Assembly (NCBI GenBank): GCA_964384035.1
Contig: CAYLIB010000003.1
Span: forward strand, 36,393 to 100,392
DNA length: 64,000 bases
Direction of reading: 5' to 3'
Origin: an uncultured Candidatus Saccharibacteria bacterium
GTDB lineage: Bacteria; Patescibacteriota; Doudnabacteria; UBA920
A program made the translations under genes and the position numbers. The notes under the pieces are model-generated. The model was not told the DNA's origin and did no database searches. It saw only the letters and a list, made by a program, of their open reading frames with translations. Of this stretch, positions 27,798-36,912 are shown piece after piece. The stretch's first letter is position 1; every line of letters starts with the position of its first letter.

Positions 27798-28694
27798 TTA
27801 ACGACTTACAAGATTGGTTCCTTTAAATTGATTAATAAGTAATTTTACCCCAAACCTAGACCAAATACCAAAAAAGACTAATGGATCAAGGACATAATAA
27901 TATTTTCTTCTGTAATATTTATCATAAAAAAGCCACATAGCGTTATGAAAAGCAAAGAGTGCATACTTAGATTGCTTAGATGATTGCCCTTTGTAATGTA
28001 TAGTCTGTGTTTTTGGGTAATACCAAACTTTAAACCCATTCAGGTGCGCTTTCATGCAAAGATCTAAGTCCTCACCATACATATAAAAACGTTCATCGAA
28101 ACCTTCTATTTGTTCAAGACACTTAGGACTAATAAACATAAAAGCACCAGAACAAGCATCGACTTCCGTTTCCTGGTCTATAGGTAGGTATGCGAGATTG
28201 TATGCAGAAATACGTTTATTTTTTTTGAAAACAAAGGATAGTCCGCTGAGTCTGAAAAATGCAGTCAATGGTTTGGGAAAGCTTCTCCTGCATGCGAGAT
28301 CTAAATTACCGTCTGGTCTAATAATTTTACAAGTGGAAATACCAATATCCGGATGACTCTTCATGAAATCCATCATAACTTGAAGAGTATCTGGACTCAC
28401 CTCTGTGTCTGGGTTAAGGAGTAATACAAACTCCCCTCTTTTCATTTTAAGTCCCCTATTGTTAGCTTTTGGGAATCCCTCGTTGGTATTTTCATAAAGC
28501 TGAATCCTATCCTTTAGATCCGCTACTTTCATCAGCTCTTTTACCATTTCGACGGTTCCGTCTTTTGACTCGTTGTCTATAATAATGACTTCAAAATTGA
28601 AATCTGTTTTTGAGGCAAATAATGCTTTGAGTGCTTTTTCAAAAACTGGTTTGCACTTATATGGAACCATAATTACTGAGAGTTCAAAGTTCAT
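27798..28694 (-). CDS. glycosyltransferase family 2
   Basis: 298 aa. GT2 signature near the N-terminus (VIIIDNESKDGT) and a DxD-like region. Confidence 0.7.
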   Translation of the reverse strand: MNFELSVIMVPYKCKPVFEKALKALFASKTDFNFEVIIIDNESKDGTVEMVKELMKVADLKDRIQLYENTNEGFPKANNRGLKMKRGEFVLLLNPDTEVSPDTLQVMMDFMKSHPDIGISTCKIIRPDGNLDLACRRSFPKPLTAFFRLSGLSFVFKKNKRISAYNLAYLPIDQETEVDACSGAFMFISPKCLEQIEGFDERFYMYGEDLDLCMKAHLNGFKVWYYPKTQTIHYKGQSSKQSKYALFAFHNAMWLFYDKYYRRKYYYVLDPLVFFGIWSRFGVKLLINQFKGTNLVSR

Positions 28695-29683
28695 ACTAGC
28701 TCCTTTTCGTCGTGCGTGAAATATTTGGCAAAATCCTCTTGGGAGATTTTACTAGTGTTTAAAACGGTTTTTCGTTTATTTAACATTTTGGGGAGTTGCC
28801 TGAAAAATAAAGGTAAGACAGCGAGCGTTCTGGTTTCTAATAGACAAACATAGCCGAACATTAATATTTCTCTTTTGAAGAATGAAAAAGAAATTTTTGG
28901 AAAATTTTTGATGACAAGAAAAATATGGTTTTTGAAATTCCACTTGCGAACATTTTGGCCGACACTTTGCCTGTGCTTAAAAAATGAACCAAATTTTTTT
29001 ACACCTTGCTCACTAGAACCAGTTGCCCTTCCGTGATAACCCACAGCGTGAGGGTTGAAGTAATTGAGATAGCCTTTATGCAAAAGTCTTAGGCCAAGAT
29101 CAACGTCTTCCCAATACATAAAAAAGTCTTCGTCGAAGAGACCAGCTTCTTCTATTGCTGTCTTTCTATACATTGGAGACGCGCCTGAGACCGCAACAAC
29201 AATATTCTGGCTATCGTATTGCCCTTTATCTACTTCGTGTTGTCCCCTGTCTCTGGCCCTTCCGTTTTCGTAGAGAATGATACCGGTAGTATCTAGTGTT
29301 TGTTTTTTTTGGTGACTTTGAAAGTGGTAGCCGAAAAGTTTACCTGTGGCACTGCCGACTTTTGGATTCTCGAAAACTTTAACCATTTTACCCAAATAAT
29401 CTGGTTCTAAAATAAGGTCATTGCCTATGAGTTGAATTAGCTCTCCTTTGGCTTCAGCGAAAGCAAGATTGTGACCTCCGGCAAAACCTAAGTTTTTACC
29501 TGGGTCTAAAATTTTTATATCGGGATAATTTTGCTCTAGGTATCCCTTGGGGTCATTTTCATTACCGCAAATTACTACAATTATTTCATGATCTTTAAAA
29601 TCTTGCGCGTTAACAGAATCTAAAACCGCTTTTAAATTTTCTTTGCTATTGTAGACAACGAGTTGAATTGTAACTTTAGGCAT
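28691..29683 (-). CDS. glycosyltransferase family 2
   Basis: 330 aa. VTIQLVVYNSKENLKAVLDSVNAQDF ... IIVVICGNEND. Confidence 0.7.
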   Translation of the reverse strand: MPKVTIQLVVYNSKENLKAVLDSVNAQDFKDHEIIVVICGNENDPKGYLEQNYPDIKILDPGKNLGFAGGHNLAFAEAKGELIQLIGNDLILEPDYLGKMVKVFENPKVGSATGKLFGYHFQSHQKKQTLDTTGIILYENGRARDRGQHEVDKGQYDSQNIVVAVSGASPMYRKTAIEEAGLFDEDFFMYWEDVDLGLRLLHKGYLNYFNPHAVGYHGRATGSSEQGVKKFGSFFKHRQSVGQNVRKWNFKNHIFLVIKNFPKISFSFFKREILMFGYVCLLETRTLAVLPLFFRQLPKMLNKRKTVLNTSKISQEDFAKYFTHDEKELV

Positions 29684-31256
29684 AAGCTTTTATTTTACGA
29701 ATTGTAAGACTGGTAACTGCGAGGCAGAGCAATGTAAAGATTAATATTTTGTCATTAAGAATAGTAACATCGAAGACCGAGAAAGCTATTAACCAAAGAA
29801 ACAGCATACCCATAGCTGATAGCATTCCGGCTTCGTTTACTTTTGACAACTTCACAGACAGAATGAAACTGGAATAAATATTTTTCAGATAAAAGAAAAT
29901 AAATGCACCAAAAGAAATGAGCCCAAGGAAACCCAACTCAACTAGAATTTGTAGGTACAGACTGTGAGCGGTTATATATTTTTCGGGCAAGTTATAACGA
30001 AGATTTATTTTCTCTTCATTATTTTTTTGCTTTCCGATTCGAGCGTCGGTAAAATTGCCAAGACCTACACCAAGTGGATATTTAACAGATAGCACTAGGC
30101 TTTCTTTCCAAATAGCGAGCCTTCCTGCATTTGAGGTTTCATTTGTGTCGTATATAGACCTTACCCTTCCTATGTAGTCGCCACTTATTCCGCTGTAGGC
30201 ATAGTGCATACCGAGCCTTATTAAGGGAGAGCTGGCAAAGGCAAGAATAACCATACCTATTGCTATTAACTGGGGTTTTAAGAAACTTCTAAGACTCTTC
30301 TTCCACAGGTACAGAGAAACGAAAATAATTGCTGGACTAAGCATACTTGCCCAAACCCCTCTTGTGCCAGAAAAAACCAAGCCGACTGAAAACAAGTACA
30401 TAAGTAGTAGATTTGTTTTCTTACCAATGAACCAATTTTTGTTTAATAGATAAGAGAGGGTAACTAAGCCGAATACGCAGATAAGACCGAAGGAATGCGA
30501 GTCTGGCATTACGCTAAACATACGCAAAACTAAATTTCCATTATTAACAGTAAACCAAGAATTGGAATACCAGAGAACAGAAGCAATTTCTGAACCGAGA
30601 ATATTCCTTGCTACCACCTCGGCCCAATATTGCCAGAAATAATATATTGGCATTAGGCTAGCGAAAACAAACTGGAAATAGCCGAGGAATAAAATAATTG
30701 AACTGGATACAAATAGTGCCTTAAGAGTCTTCTCTAAGTCGGAGAAATTTTTTGCCCAGAGGAGTAAAAGAACTGCAAAAATACTTGCGTTAAATATAAA
30801 GATTAATCGAGATACCCCACTTTCATACCCAAGCCCAAACACCAAACCAAGCAGAGTGATTACCGAAATAATAAGTAGTGGAAATTTCCACACTGGAAGA
30901 CTTTGCCATATGACTATGATCTTTTGTTTAAGATCCTTTGGCGATAGCTTATAAAACCATCTTCTGTTTTTATACAGAAGATATGCACTAAGCAGTAAGG
31001 ATAATACCGAGGTAACTCTCCAAACTTGCAGGGTGTCCGAATAGGGCCTCAACGCGGGAAAGCTTAAAGAAAGAGCTATTATAAAAAATGAGAGAGCAAT
31101 AACAGGTTCAAATAGAAACCAGATACCTACCGAAACTAAGGGAATAAATTTTATAAATATACTCCCTCCGTTGCCAATCGCAGTGAGGAAGAAGGCACAG
31201 AAATTAGCTACTAATAAAAAAACATAAATGTGTTTATTGTTTAGTTTCATTTCCAA
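29676..31256 (-). CDS. O-antigen ligase/polymerase-like polytopic membrane protein (Wzy/WaaL family)
   Basis: 526 aa, at least 10 predicted TM helices, embedded in a GT locus. Family assignment rests on topology and context. Confidence 0.5.
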   Translation of the reverse strand: MEMKLNNKHIYVFLLVANFCAFFLTAIGNGGSIFIKFIPLVSVGIWFLFEPVIALSFFIIALSLSFPALRPYSDTLQVWRVTSVLSLLLSAYLLYKNRRWFYKLSPKDLKQKIIVIWQSLPVWKFPLLIISVITLLGLVFGLGYESGVSRLIFIFNASIFAVLLLLWAKNFSDLEKTLKALFVSSSIILFLGYFQFVFASLMPIYYFWQYWAEVVARNILGSEIASVLWYSNSWFTVNNGNLVLRMFSVMPDSHSFGLICVFGLVTLSYLLNKNWFIGKKTNLLLMYLFSVGLVFSGTRGVWASMLSPAIIFVSLYLWKKSLRSFLKPQLIAIGMVILAFASSPLIRLGMHYAYSGISGDYIGRVRSIYDTNETSNAGRLAIWKESLVLSVKYPLGVGLGNFTDARIGKQKNNEEKINLRYNLPEKYITAHSLYLQILVELGFLGLISFGAFIFFYLKNIYSSFILSVKLSKVNEAGMLSAMGMLFLWLIAFSVFDVTILNDKILIFTLLCLAVTSLTIRKIKAYA

Positions 31257-32325
31257 GTATTACTTCTAAGGTTTGTTTTGCGGTTTTCTCCCATGAAAAA
31301 AGTTTTAATCTTTCCGTACCTTTATTTACTAGCAGGGTCCTTAAATTTTCGTCTAGTAGGACACTCTCTATGCTACCTAACATTGAGTCTTCGTTTTCTG
31401 GGTCGAAGTATACTGCACCCTCCCCTGCTACTTCGGGCATACTTGAGACGTTTGAAACTGCTACTGGAATACGAGCATTGAAAGCTTCTAGTATCCACAT
31501 ACCAAAACCTTCATAGAGGCTGGGCATTACGAGTGCTTGGGCTTTTTTATAAATAATATTTCTGTCTGAATCACTAACGTGACCTAAGTAAACTACAATA
31601 TTTTTATTCTTCTCTATAGCTTCCATAATTGGTTCGTACTTCCAACCCTTCTTACCAACAACAACAAGCTTATAGTTTTTTTCTGGGTGTTTGTCTGTGA
31701 ATTTCCTGAAAGCGTCAATTAATCTAATTAAGTTTTTTCTGGGTTGGAGCGTGGATAGGAATAGTGCGTATTTTTCTGGAAGCTTGAGTTTCGTGCTTAA
31801 ATCCGAAACAAAATTTTCCTGTTCGTAGCCATGATGAACAACAAAAATTTTATTAGGGTTAGTACCATAAAATTTTATAAGATCTTTCTTGGTAGACTCG
31901 GAGATACAAATGACTCGCCAAGATAGTAGCGATATCATCTTATATGAATAGTGTAAAAACTTTCGCATAAAGCTAGTGTCAGCTTCTGGGTAATGAATGA
32001 AAGCAGTATCGTGAATTGTGCAGATGGATTTCCTTGGATGAAAGAGCGGGAGCGCTGAAGCAGGTATAAATAATCGGTCTACTGGGTGAAGGAGAAGCTC
32101 TATACTAAGACGGATTTGCGTCCAGAATTTTGGGAAAGGCATAACCTTAATTTCGAAATTTTTTGGTAACTCTAAAAACCATGGCTCAGGGGTGGTTCTT
32201 AGGTAAAGCCTGTATTTATTTTCTTTATCTATTTTTGCGAAATGCAGAATGAGTTGTTTGGCGTAATGCTCTACGCCAGTTTTCTGTGACTCATTTGCTC
32301 TCTCTGCTTCTATAGCTATCAACAT
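31234..32325 (-). CDS. glycosyltransferase family 4
   Basis: 363 aa. EGFGMWILEAFNARIPVAVS motif. Confidence 0.8.
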   Translation of the reverse strand: MLIAIEAERANESQKTGVEHYAKQLILHFAKIDKENKYRLYLRTTPEPWFLELPKNFEIKVMPFPKFWTQIRLSIELLLHPVDRLFIPASALPLFHPRKSICTIHDTAFIHYPEADTSFMRKFLHYSYKMISLLSWRVICISESTKKDLIKFYGTNPNKIFVVHHGYEQENFVSDLSTKLKLPEKYALFLSTLQPRKNLIRLIDAFRKFTDKHPEKNYKLVVVGKKGWKYEPIMEAIEKNKNIVVYLGHVSDSDRNIIYKKAQALVMPSLYEGFGMWILEAFNARIPVAVSNVSSMPEVAGEGAVYFDPENEDSMLGSIESVLLDENLRTLLVNKGTERLKLFSWEKTAKQTLEVILGNETKQ

Positions 32326-32599
32326 AAATTTGTAAATCTCTATTATCTGCTAAAAGTGCTCCTGATTTGGCTTCAAGTTGTCTTCTTTCGTGGTACAACT
32401 CTTGTAGTTCCAATTCGTAGCTGTTTGCATTGCCTCTTGTTTCTAGATCATCTATCTCATCCAGCCTAATGGTAATTTCATTTAGCCTTCGCTCATAACC
32501 ACGCCATCTGGCAATGTCTGGATTTAGTCTTTGGATTTCCTGGTCTATTTCCTCTTCGCTTCTTTCTGGTCTTAACCTATCTACTCCTTCACCTTTCAT
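32291..32599 (-). CDS. hypothetical small coiled-coil protein
   Basis: The ORF track gives 32291..32644. An internal Met (MKGEG...) preceded by aggaaagga is the more plausible start. Charged heptad-like sequence. Overlaps both neighbours by ~10-35 nt. Confidence 0.35.
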   Translation of the reverse strand: MKGEGVDRLRPERSEEEIDQEIQRLNPDIARWRGYERRLNEITIRLDEIDDLETRGNANSYELELQELYHERRQLEAKSGALLADNRDLQIYVDSYRSRESK

Positions 32600-33029
32600 A
32601 GTTTTGTTTCCTTTCCTGTTTTTTGAATGAAGTTTTATGAACACTCTTCTTATACGGTTTAAGTCGAACGACTTTTATCTGACTCCCTTGTACCTTGAGT
32701 CTTTTTTTTAATTCCTCGACGTAAGCTTTTTGATCGTAACCAAGAGCTATGATGCTCGGATTTATTTCCAGAATTTTTTTAAAAAAATTGTCTTTGGCAC
32801 CCAATACTACTTGGTCTACGAGCTTACAGCTCTCGACAAGACTTAGTCTGTCTTTTTCTGTGTTTTCGGCTTTTTGACCTTTTATTTTGGTAACGTTTTT
32901 ATCTCTTGCTATAGAGACTATTAGGTAAGGATTTTTTGCTAGTTTTCTTGCTTGTTTGAAGAGCGCGATGTGACCGGGGTGCAAATAGTCGAATGTACCG
33001 AACAGCATAATTTTAGTTGAGGTGTTCAT
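32589..33029 (-). CDS. cytidylyltransferase-family nucleotidyltransferase (HxGH; glycerol-3-phosphate cytidylyltransferase-like)
   Basis: 146 aa. LFGTFDYLHPGHIALFKQARKLA matches the (H/T)xGH motif of TagD/CTP-transferase-like enzymes. Confidence 0.65.
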   Translation of the reverse strand: MNTSTKIMLFGTFDYLHPGHIALFKQARKLAKNPYLIVSIARDKNVTKIKGQKAENTEKDRLSLVESCKLVDQVVLGAKDNFFKKILEINPSIIALGYDQKAYVEELKKRLKVQGSQIKVVRLKPYKKSVHKTSFKKQERKQNYER

Positions 33030-34468
33030 ACTACACCTCCCCTACCGAAAATACCTTTTACAAAATGTATGTCGGATTTATTTAAAAACCCGGTTAAACC
33101 TAAAATTAGAAGATAGCTAATTCCACCAAGTGCGCTACTCAAGATAATATTTTGTTCTTTGACATAGAATAATAAAATGCCCATACCCAGACTTGCTACT
33201 AGTGGCTGCCAGAGAAAATTTACGACGGAGAATTTAACAATTTTTTTATAGACAAAGTAGAAATAGAAAATACCTTGCACGGTTTCGGAGATTATTGTCA
33301 TTATGGCTGCGCCTTTTATACCGATTCTTGGAAGCAGGATTAGGTTGCCAATTAAATTAATAAAGATATTGGTAAATGTTATACCTACGGCGAACTTTGT
33401 GAGCTGGGAAATAACGATTGAGTTAGCGATTATGTAAATGAACAACATAACCGAAGCCCAGACGAGAATGGAAAGAACTTGAGCAGATTCAGCGAATGCG
33501 GAACCAGCTAGGACCTGCATAATTTTGGGAGCAAGTAAACTACCTGCTACACCCATTGGAAGAGCGATAGCAAACATAAATCTGAAATATTTTTCGAAGA
33601 GTGTTTTCGCGTTAAGCGAATCGCCTTTTGCTATTAGGCCCGTAAACACTGGATAGAGTGCGTGGGAAACTACTGCGGGGAAGAAACTAACTAGGTCGAA
33701 AAACTTATACGCGGCGGTATATAGTCCGGTTTCTGTGAACCCTAAAAGTCTGGTTATTAAAATTACATCGAGACGATTATAAATAGTACTGAAGCCTACG
33801 AGGAGTGCGAAAGGTAGCGCCGCTTTCATTATTTTTTTTACTAGGTCGTAGTCGAGCGAACGTATTGCTTTGAATAAATCTGGTTTTGGGACATGAGCTT
33901 TGACATAGTTGTAATAAAGAAAAATTGAAATGACCGCAAAGACTACTTGGTTTGTTACTAGAAAAACTATTCCACGGTGAAAAAATACAGTCGAGAAAAT
34001 GAATAGAGCATTGGTAACAGAGCTTAGAAAATTTACTAAGGCAACTTTCTTTAGGTTCTGGAATGCTGACATGGTGGATAAGAATGGGTATGTGAGACCA
34101 TTTAGAGCCGTACCAAAACCAGCCATTGCTATTGCTCCGAATACAGCACCTGAGTAACCTGCTAATTTAGCGGTTCCAATGATTGCAAAGAAAACAAAAA
34201 TACAAAGTAGAAATTCTACCGCGAAAAAGTTTTGGAAATATTTTTTTGCGTTCTCGGGATCTTCGCTAATTTTCTTTGTGATGTATTGCTGGATGCCTAG
34301 GTCTATAACTACACCAAAAACTGTTACGAAAGAAAGTACGAATTGATGTTGCCCGGAGACGGTAGGACCTAAGTATCGGAACAGCAGAGTGTACGCGAAA
34401 AAGAGCATGACTAACGCAGAAATACGAGAGGCGGTTAGCCAGAAGATATTTTTTGAGGCGGTTACCAT
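33026..34468 (-). CDS. polysaccharide biosynthesis protein / Wzx-type flippase (MOP superfamily)
   Basis: 480 aa, ~12-14 TM helices, typical Wzx-like organisation at the end of a GT locus. Confidence 0.65.
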   Translation of the reverse strand: MVTASKNIFWLTASRISALVMLFFAYTLLFRYLGPTVSGQHQFVLSFVTVFGVVIDLGIQQYITKKISEDPENAKKYFQNFFAVEFLLCIFVFFAIIGTAKLAGYSGAVFGAIAMAGFGTALNGLTYPFLSTMSAFQNLKKVALVNFLSSVTNALFIFSTVFFHRGIVFLVTNQVVFAVISIFLYYNYVKAHVPKPDLFKAIRSLDYDLVKKIMKAALPFALLVGFSTIYNRLDVILITRLLGFTETGLYTAAYKFFDLVSFFPAVVSHALYPVFTGLIAKGDSLNAKTLFEKYFRFMFAIALPMGVAGSLLAPKIMQVLAGSAFAESAQVLSILVWASVMLFIYIIANSIVISQLTKFAVGITFTNIFINLIGNLILLPRIGIKGAAIMTIISETVQGIFYFYFVYKKIVKFSVVNFLWQPLVASLGMGILLFYVKEQNIILSSALGGISYLLILGLTGFLNKSDIHFVKGIFGRGGVV

Positions 34469-34544
34469 ATAGCTTAATTTTAACAGATAAACTTGGGTTG
34501 GCTAATTGGTTATAAATATGAGGGAAATTGAGTATATTTATGTT

Positions 34545-34573
34545 TTGACTTTTTATTAAAATTGTGCTATAAT
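34545..34573 (+). promoter_or_regulatory. sigma70-like promoter TTGACT-17-TATAAT
   Basis: Consensus spacing. A ~95-nt leader contains the hairpin gaattaccagc...ccggtaattc. An AGGAGG RBS precedes the ATG at 34670. Confidence 0.6.
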
Positions 34574-34669
34574 ATATTTTATTTGAATTACCAGCTATAT
34601 CCCCTATTTTTTACGGGTTATTGCCGGTAATTCACAATCCCTTTCAACAAAGTCTGTAGGAGGACGATC

Positions 34670-35722
34670 ATGATTAGTAATCTTAAAGGTGTCGTTTTAC
34701 CGGAGAAACCGGTCATTGATAAACTCATTGCTGCCGCGATCGTGATCTGGTGGCACACGAAAAAATTCACGGTTCCCGAAGATTTTCAATTCTTCTTTTG
34801 GAACACTAACGAAGAACCTGGCGAAGAAAATCGAGCACAATGGCTTGCGGAAGGAATTTTTCCGATTGATATTGGAAAAGATAAATACCACTTACGCAAG
34901 ACAGGAAGTGCTTGCGAAACGGTCTGTAAGGATCTGGGAATCGAACCCAATAAATATCCTGAGATCGAGTGGCTTGTCCGTGCTGCAAATCGGAACAACA
35001 AAGATGGCTGGATGAAAGGTGCGGCGGATGGATGGAATATTGCCTTCATCATCCGGGAGCTTTACAAAGCTGGCGAGGAAGTTACCCCCATCGCTGAGGA
35101 GGTAATTCAATTCGCACTCAAGTACATCCAGTACGGGAGTCAGAAGGTTTCTAAAGTGGATTATTTCACAGAACCCTTTTTCGACGGATTGACCAAGAAA
35201 GACCAGTTTGTTCCTTTTACGATTCGCCACCTGTGTTACACCCTGTTCGAAATTCCTGACTCTGATTATGAGGCTATCGCAGATATTATCAGCGCTTGGA
35301 AGGACTTTCGGAAGGAAGCCCAAAGACACGAGGCAAAGGTCGCAAGACAGGCTCGTCTGATTGAAAAAACTCTCTTTCAGATCAATCATGTGAACTGCTT
35401 TGTGGTTCACACAGATGATGTGAATATTCCGAGAGCGATTCTTTACCAGACCAAAGATTTGGGAATTCTCATATGCCGAGAAAGCGGTGGTAAGGTTGCG
35501 ATTCTTACACACCGGGACCGGATCAACGCAAAAGGATACAGACCGGCCTTCGGCAATTTCTTTGAGGCCCTCACCAAGGCTGAGGGCAATGACTCACAAT
35601 GGTTTCATGACACAAGGATTTGTGCAGCGCTTAATGGCTCCAAATCCCTGAACGCGGTTGAGCCGACAAAGCTTACCGATCAGGAAATCATCGAAATCGC
35701 TCAACAACACTTGCGCTTCTAA
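34670..35722 (+). CDS. hypothetical cytoplasmic protein (GC-rich island gene)
   Basis: 350-aa ORF, ~47% GC by eye. Own promoter, RBS and terminator. No recognisable domain. Confidence 0.6.
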   Translation: MISNLKGVVLPEKPVIDKLIAAAIVIWWHTKKFTVPEDFQFFFWNTNEEPGEENRAQWLAEGIFPIDIGKDKYHLRKTGSACETVCKDLGIEPNKYPEIEWLVRAANRNNKDGWMKGAADGWNIAFIIRELYKAGEEVTPIAEEVIQFALKYIQYGSQKVSKVDYFTEPFFDGLTKKDQFVPFTIRHLCYTLFEIPDSDYEAIADIISAWKDFRKEAQRHEAKVARQARLIEKTLFQINHVNCFVVHTDDVNIPRAILYQTKDLGILICRESGGKVAILTHRDRINAKGYRPAFGNFFEALTKAEGNDSQWFHDTRICAALNGSKSLNAVEPTKLTDQEIIEIAQQHLRF

Positions 35723-35748
35723 CAAGCGCTAAGATTACTTCTTCCATT

Positions 35749-35784
35749 CACCTCCGGGATATTCTCGGAGGTGTTTGTTTTTTT
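35749..35784 (+). terminator. rho-independent terminator (cacctccggga / tctcggaggtg + T-run)
   Basis: 10-bp stem with one mismatch, followed by tttgttttttt. Confidence 0.7.
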
Positions 35785-35840
35785 GGAGAATTTGTGGTAT
35801 GAATATCTCTTATTTCTAGATAGCTAAAAGGGGTGGAACT

Positions 35841-36884
35841 ATGAATAGAGTTATTAAATTAACTGTATTAATTGGCTTTTTTTTATCGCCTTGGTGGTTA
35901 AATACCACCCAGGCGCAGAAAGCCCTACCAAAGAAAACAACTAGCCCTGCGCCGTTATGCATTCCGCCGGATATGGCGGAAAGGGCTAATGTGCGGTATG
36001 AGGAGTCGAAGAATAAACCACAAGCGCCCTCTGTTCCGGCTAAACCAAAGATAACGCCTACACCGGCACCGTTGACTCCTTGCAACCTTACCGAACAACA
36101 GATTTCCCAGTGGGTGGATGAGAGACTCCAAAAGAAATATGAGCGCATAAAGAGCGACCCTACTGCTATGAAGATGTATTCCCGTGAACACGCTTCTAAA
36201 CTACCTGAAGTAATGAAAGTTCTTCGGGCTATTGAGGACGAGAAGGGTCTTGAACCTGGAACACTTATTTACCTAGCCTGGGCTGAGGGTTCGTTTGATA
36301 AATTGGCAGCCTCTGGGCTTAGCACTGCAAGGTCTTGGTTTCAGATTCTTTGGGATACAGGAATTCGGATGGAGCTTATTCGACCTACTGGGCAAGTTGT
36401 AAACGGTTACGTTTGCGACATTCGAAACAGCAAAGGGAATTGTCTTCACTATGGCAAGGGGTCATGCAATAAAATTAATGACCTTCGTTATGACCTTGCT
36501 TCAAGCGGAAGGGCGATTGGGAAAGAGTTAGCACCGATACAAAAAAAGTATGGGAAGACATACTTGTATTGGTGGCACCATTACCCAAAAGCTGTTACGG
36601 AGCTACCGAAGATAGTTGCCGCGCAATTGAATGGTGGGAAATATATTGCACCTGAAGAAGTGCAGGGGTTTTTGAAGAGTAAGGGTATAAACAACGCGCT
36701 GAGACTAACCGCTGCCGCGGTGCTCTGCAAAGGACTTGCTTCGCAAAAAGTGAGCCAGTACCCAGATGGTAGTGCTACGTATGTTTACACAATCGTGGCA
36801 ACTGCAAAGATTCTTAGGGAATTCCAACCACAAGCTTGCGCGGAAATAGACAAAGCACGGACTGTTTGGAACTCTAGACATTAA
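35841..36884 (+). CDS. hypothetical secreted protein (signal peptide, Pro-rich linker, Cys-containing C-domain)
   Basis: 347 aa. N-terminal signal peptide (MNRVIKLTVLIGFFLSPWW...TQA-QKA), then a Pro/Thr-rich segment. ~47% GC. RBS aaaagggg. Confidence 0.6.
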   Translation: MNRVIKLTVLIGFFLSPWWLNTTQAQKALPKKTTSPAPLCIPPDMAERANVRYEESKNKPQAPSVPAKPKITPTPAPLTPCNLTEQQISQWVDERLQKKYERIKSDPTAMKMYSREHASKLPEVMKVLRAIEDEKGLEPGTLIYLAWAEGSFDKLAASGLSTARSWFQILWDTGIRMELIRPTGQVVNGYVCDIRNSKGNCLHYGKGSCNKINDLRYDLASSGRAIGKELAPIQKKYGKTYLYWWHHYPKAVTELPKIVAAQLNGGKYIAPEEVQGFLKSKGINNALRLTAAAVLCKGLASQKVSQYPDGSATYVYTIVATAKILREFQPQACAEIDKARTVWNSRH

Positions 36885-36885
36885 A

Positions 36886-36912
36886 AAGGACCTGTTACCA
36901 GGTCCATTTTTT
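36886..36912. terminator. bidirectional terminator (ggacctg-ttac-caggtcc, A-run / T-run)
   Basis: Serves the convergent genes ending at 36884 (+) and 36912 (-). Confidence 0.65.
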
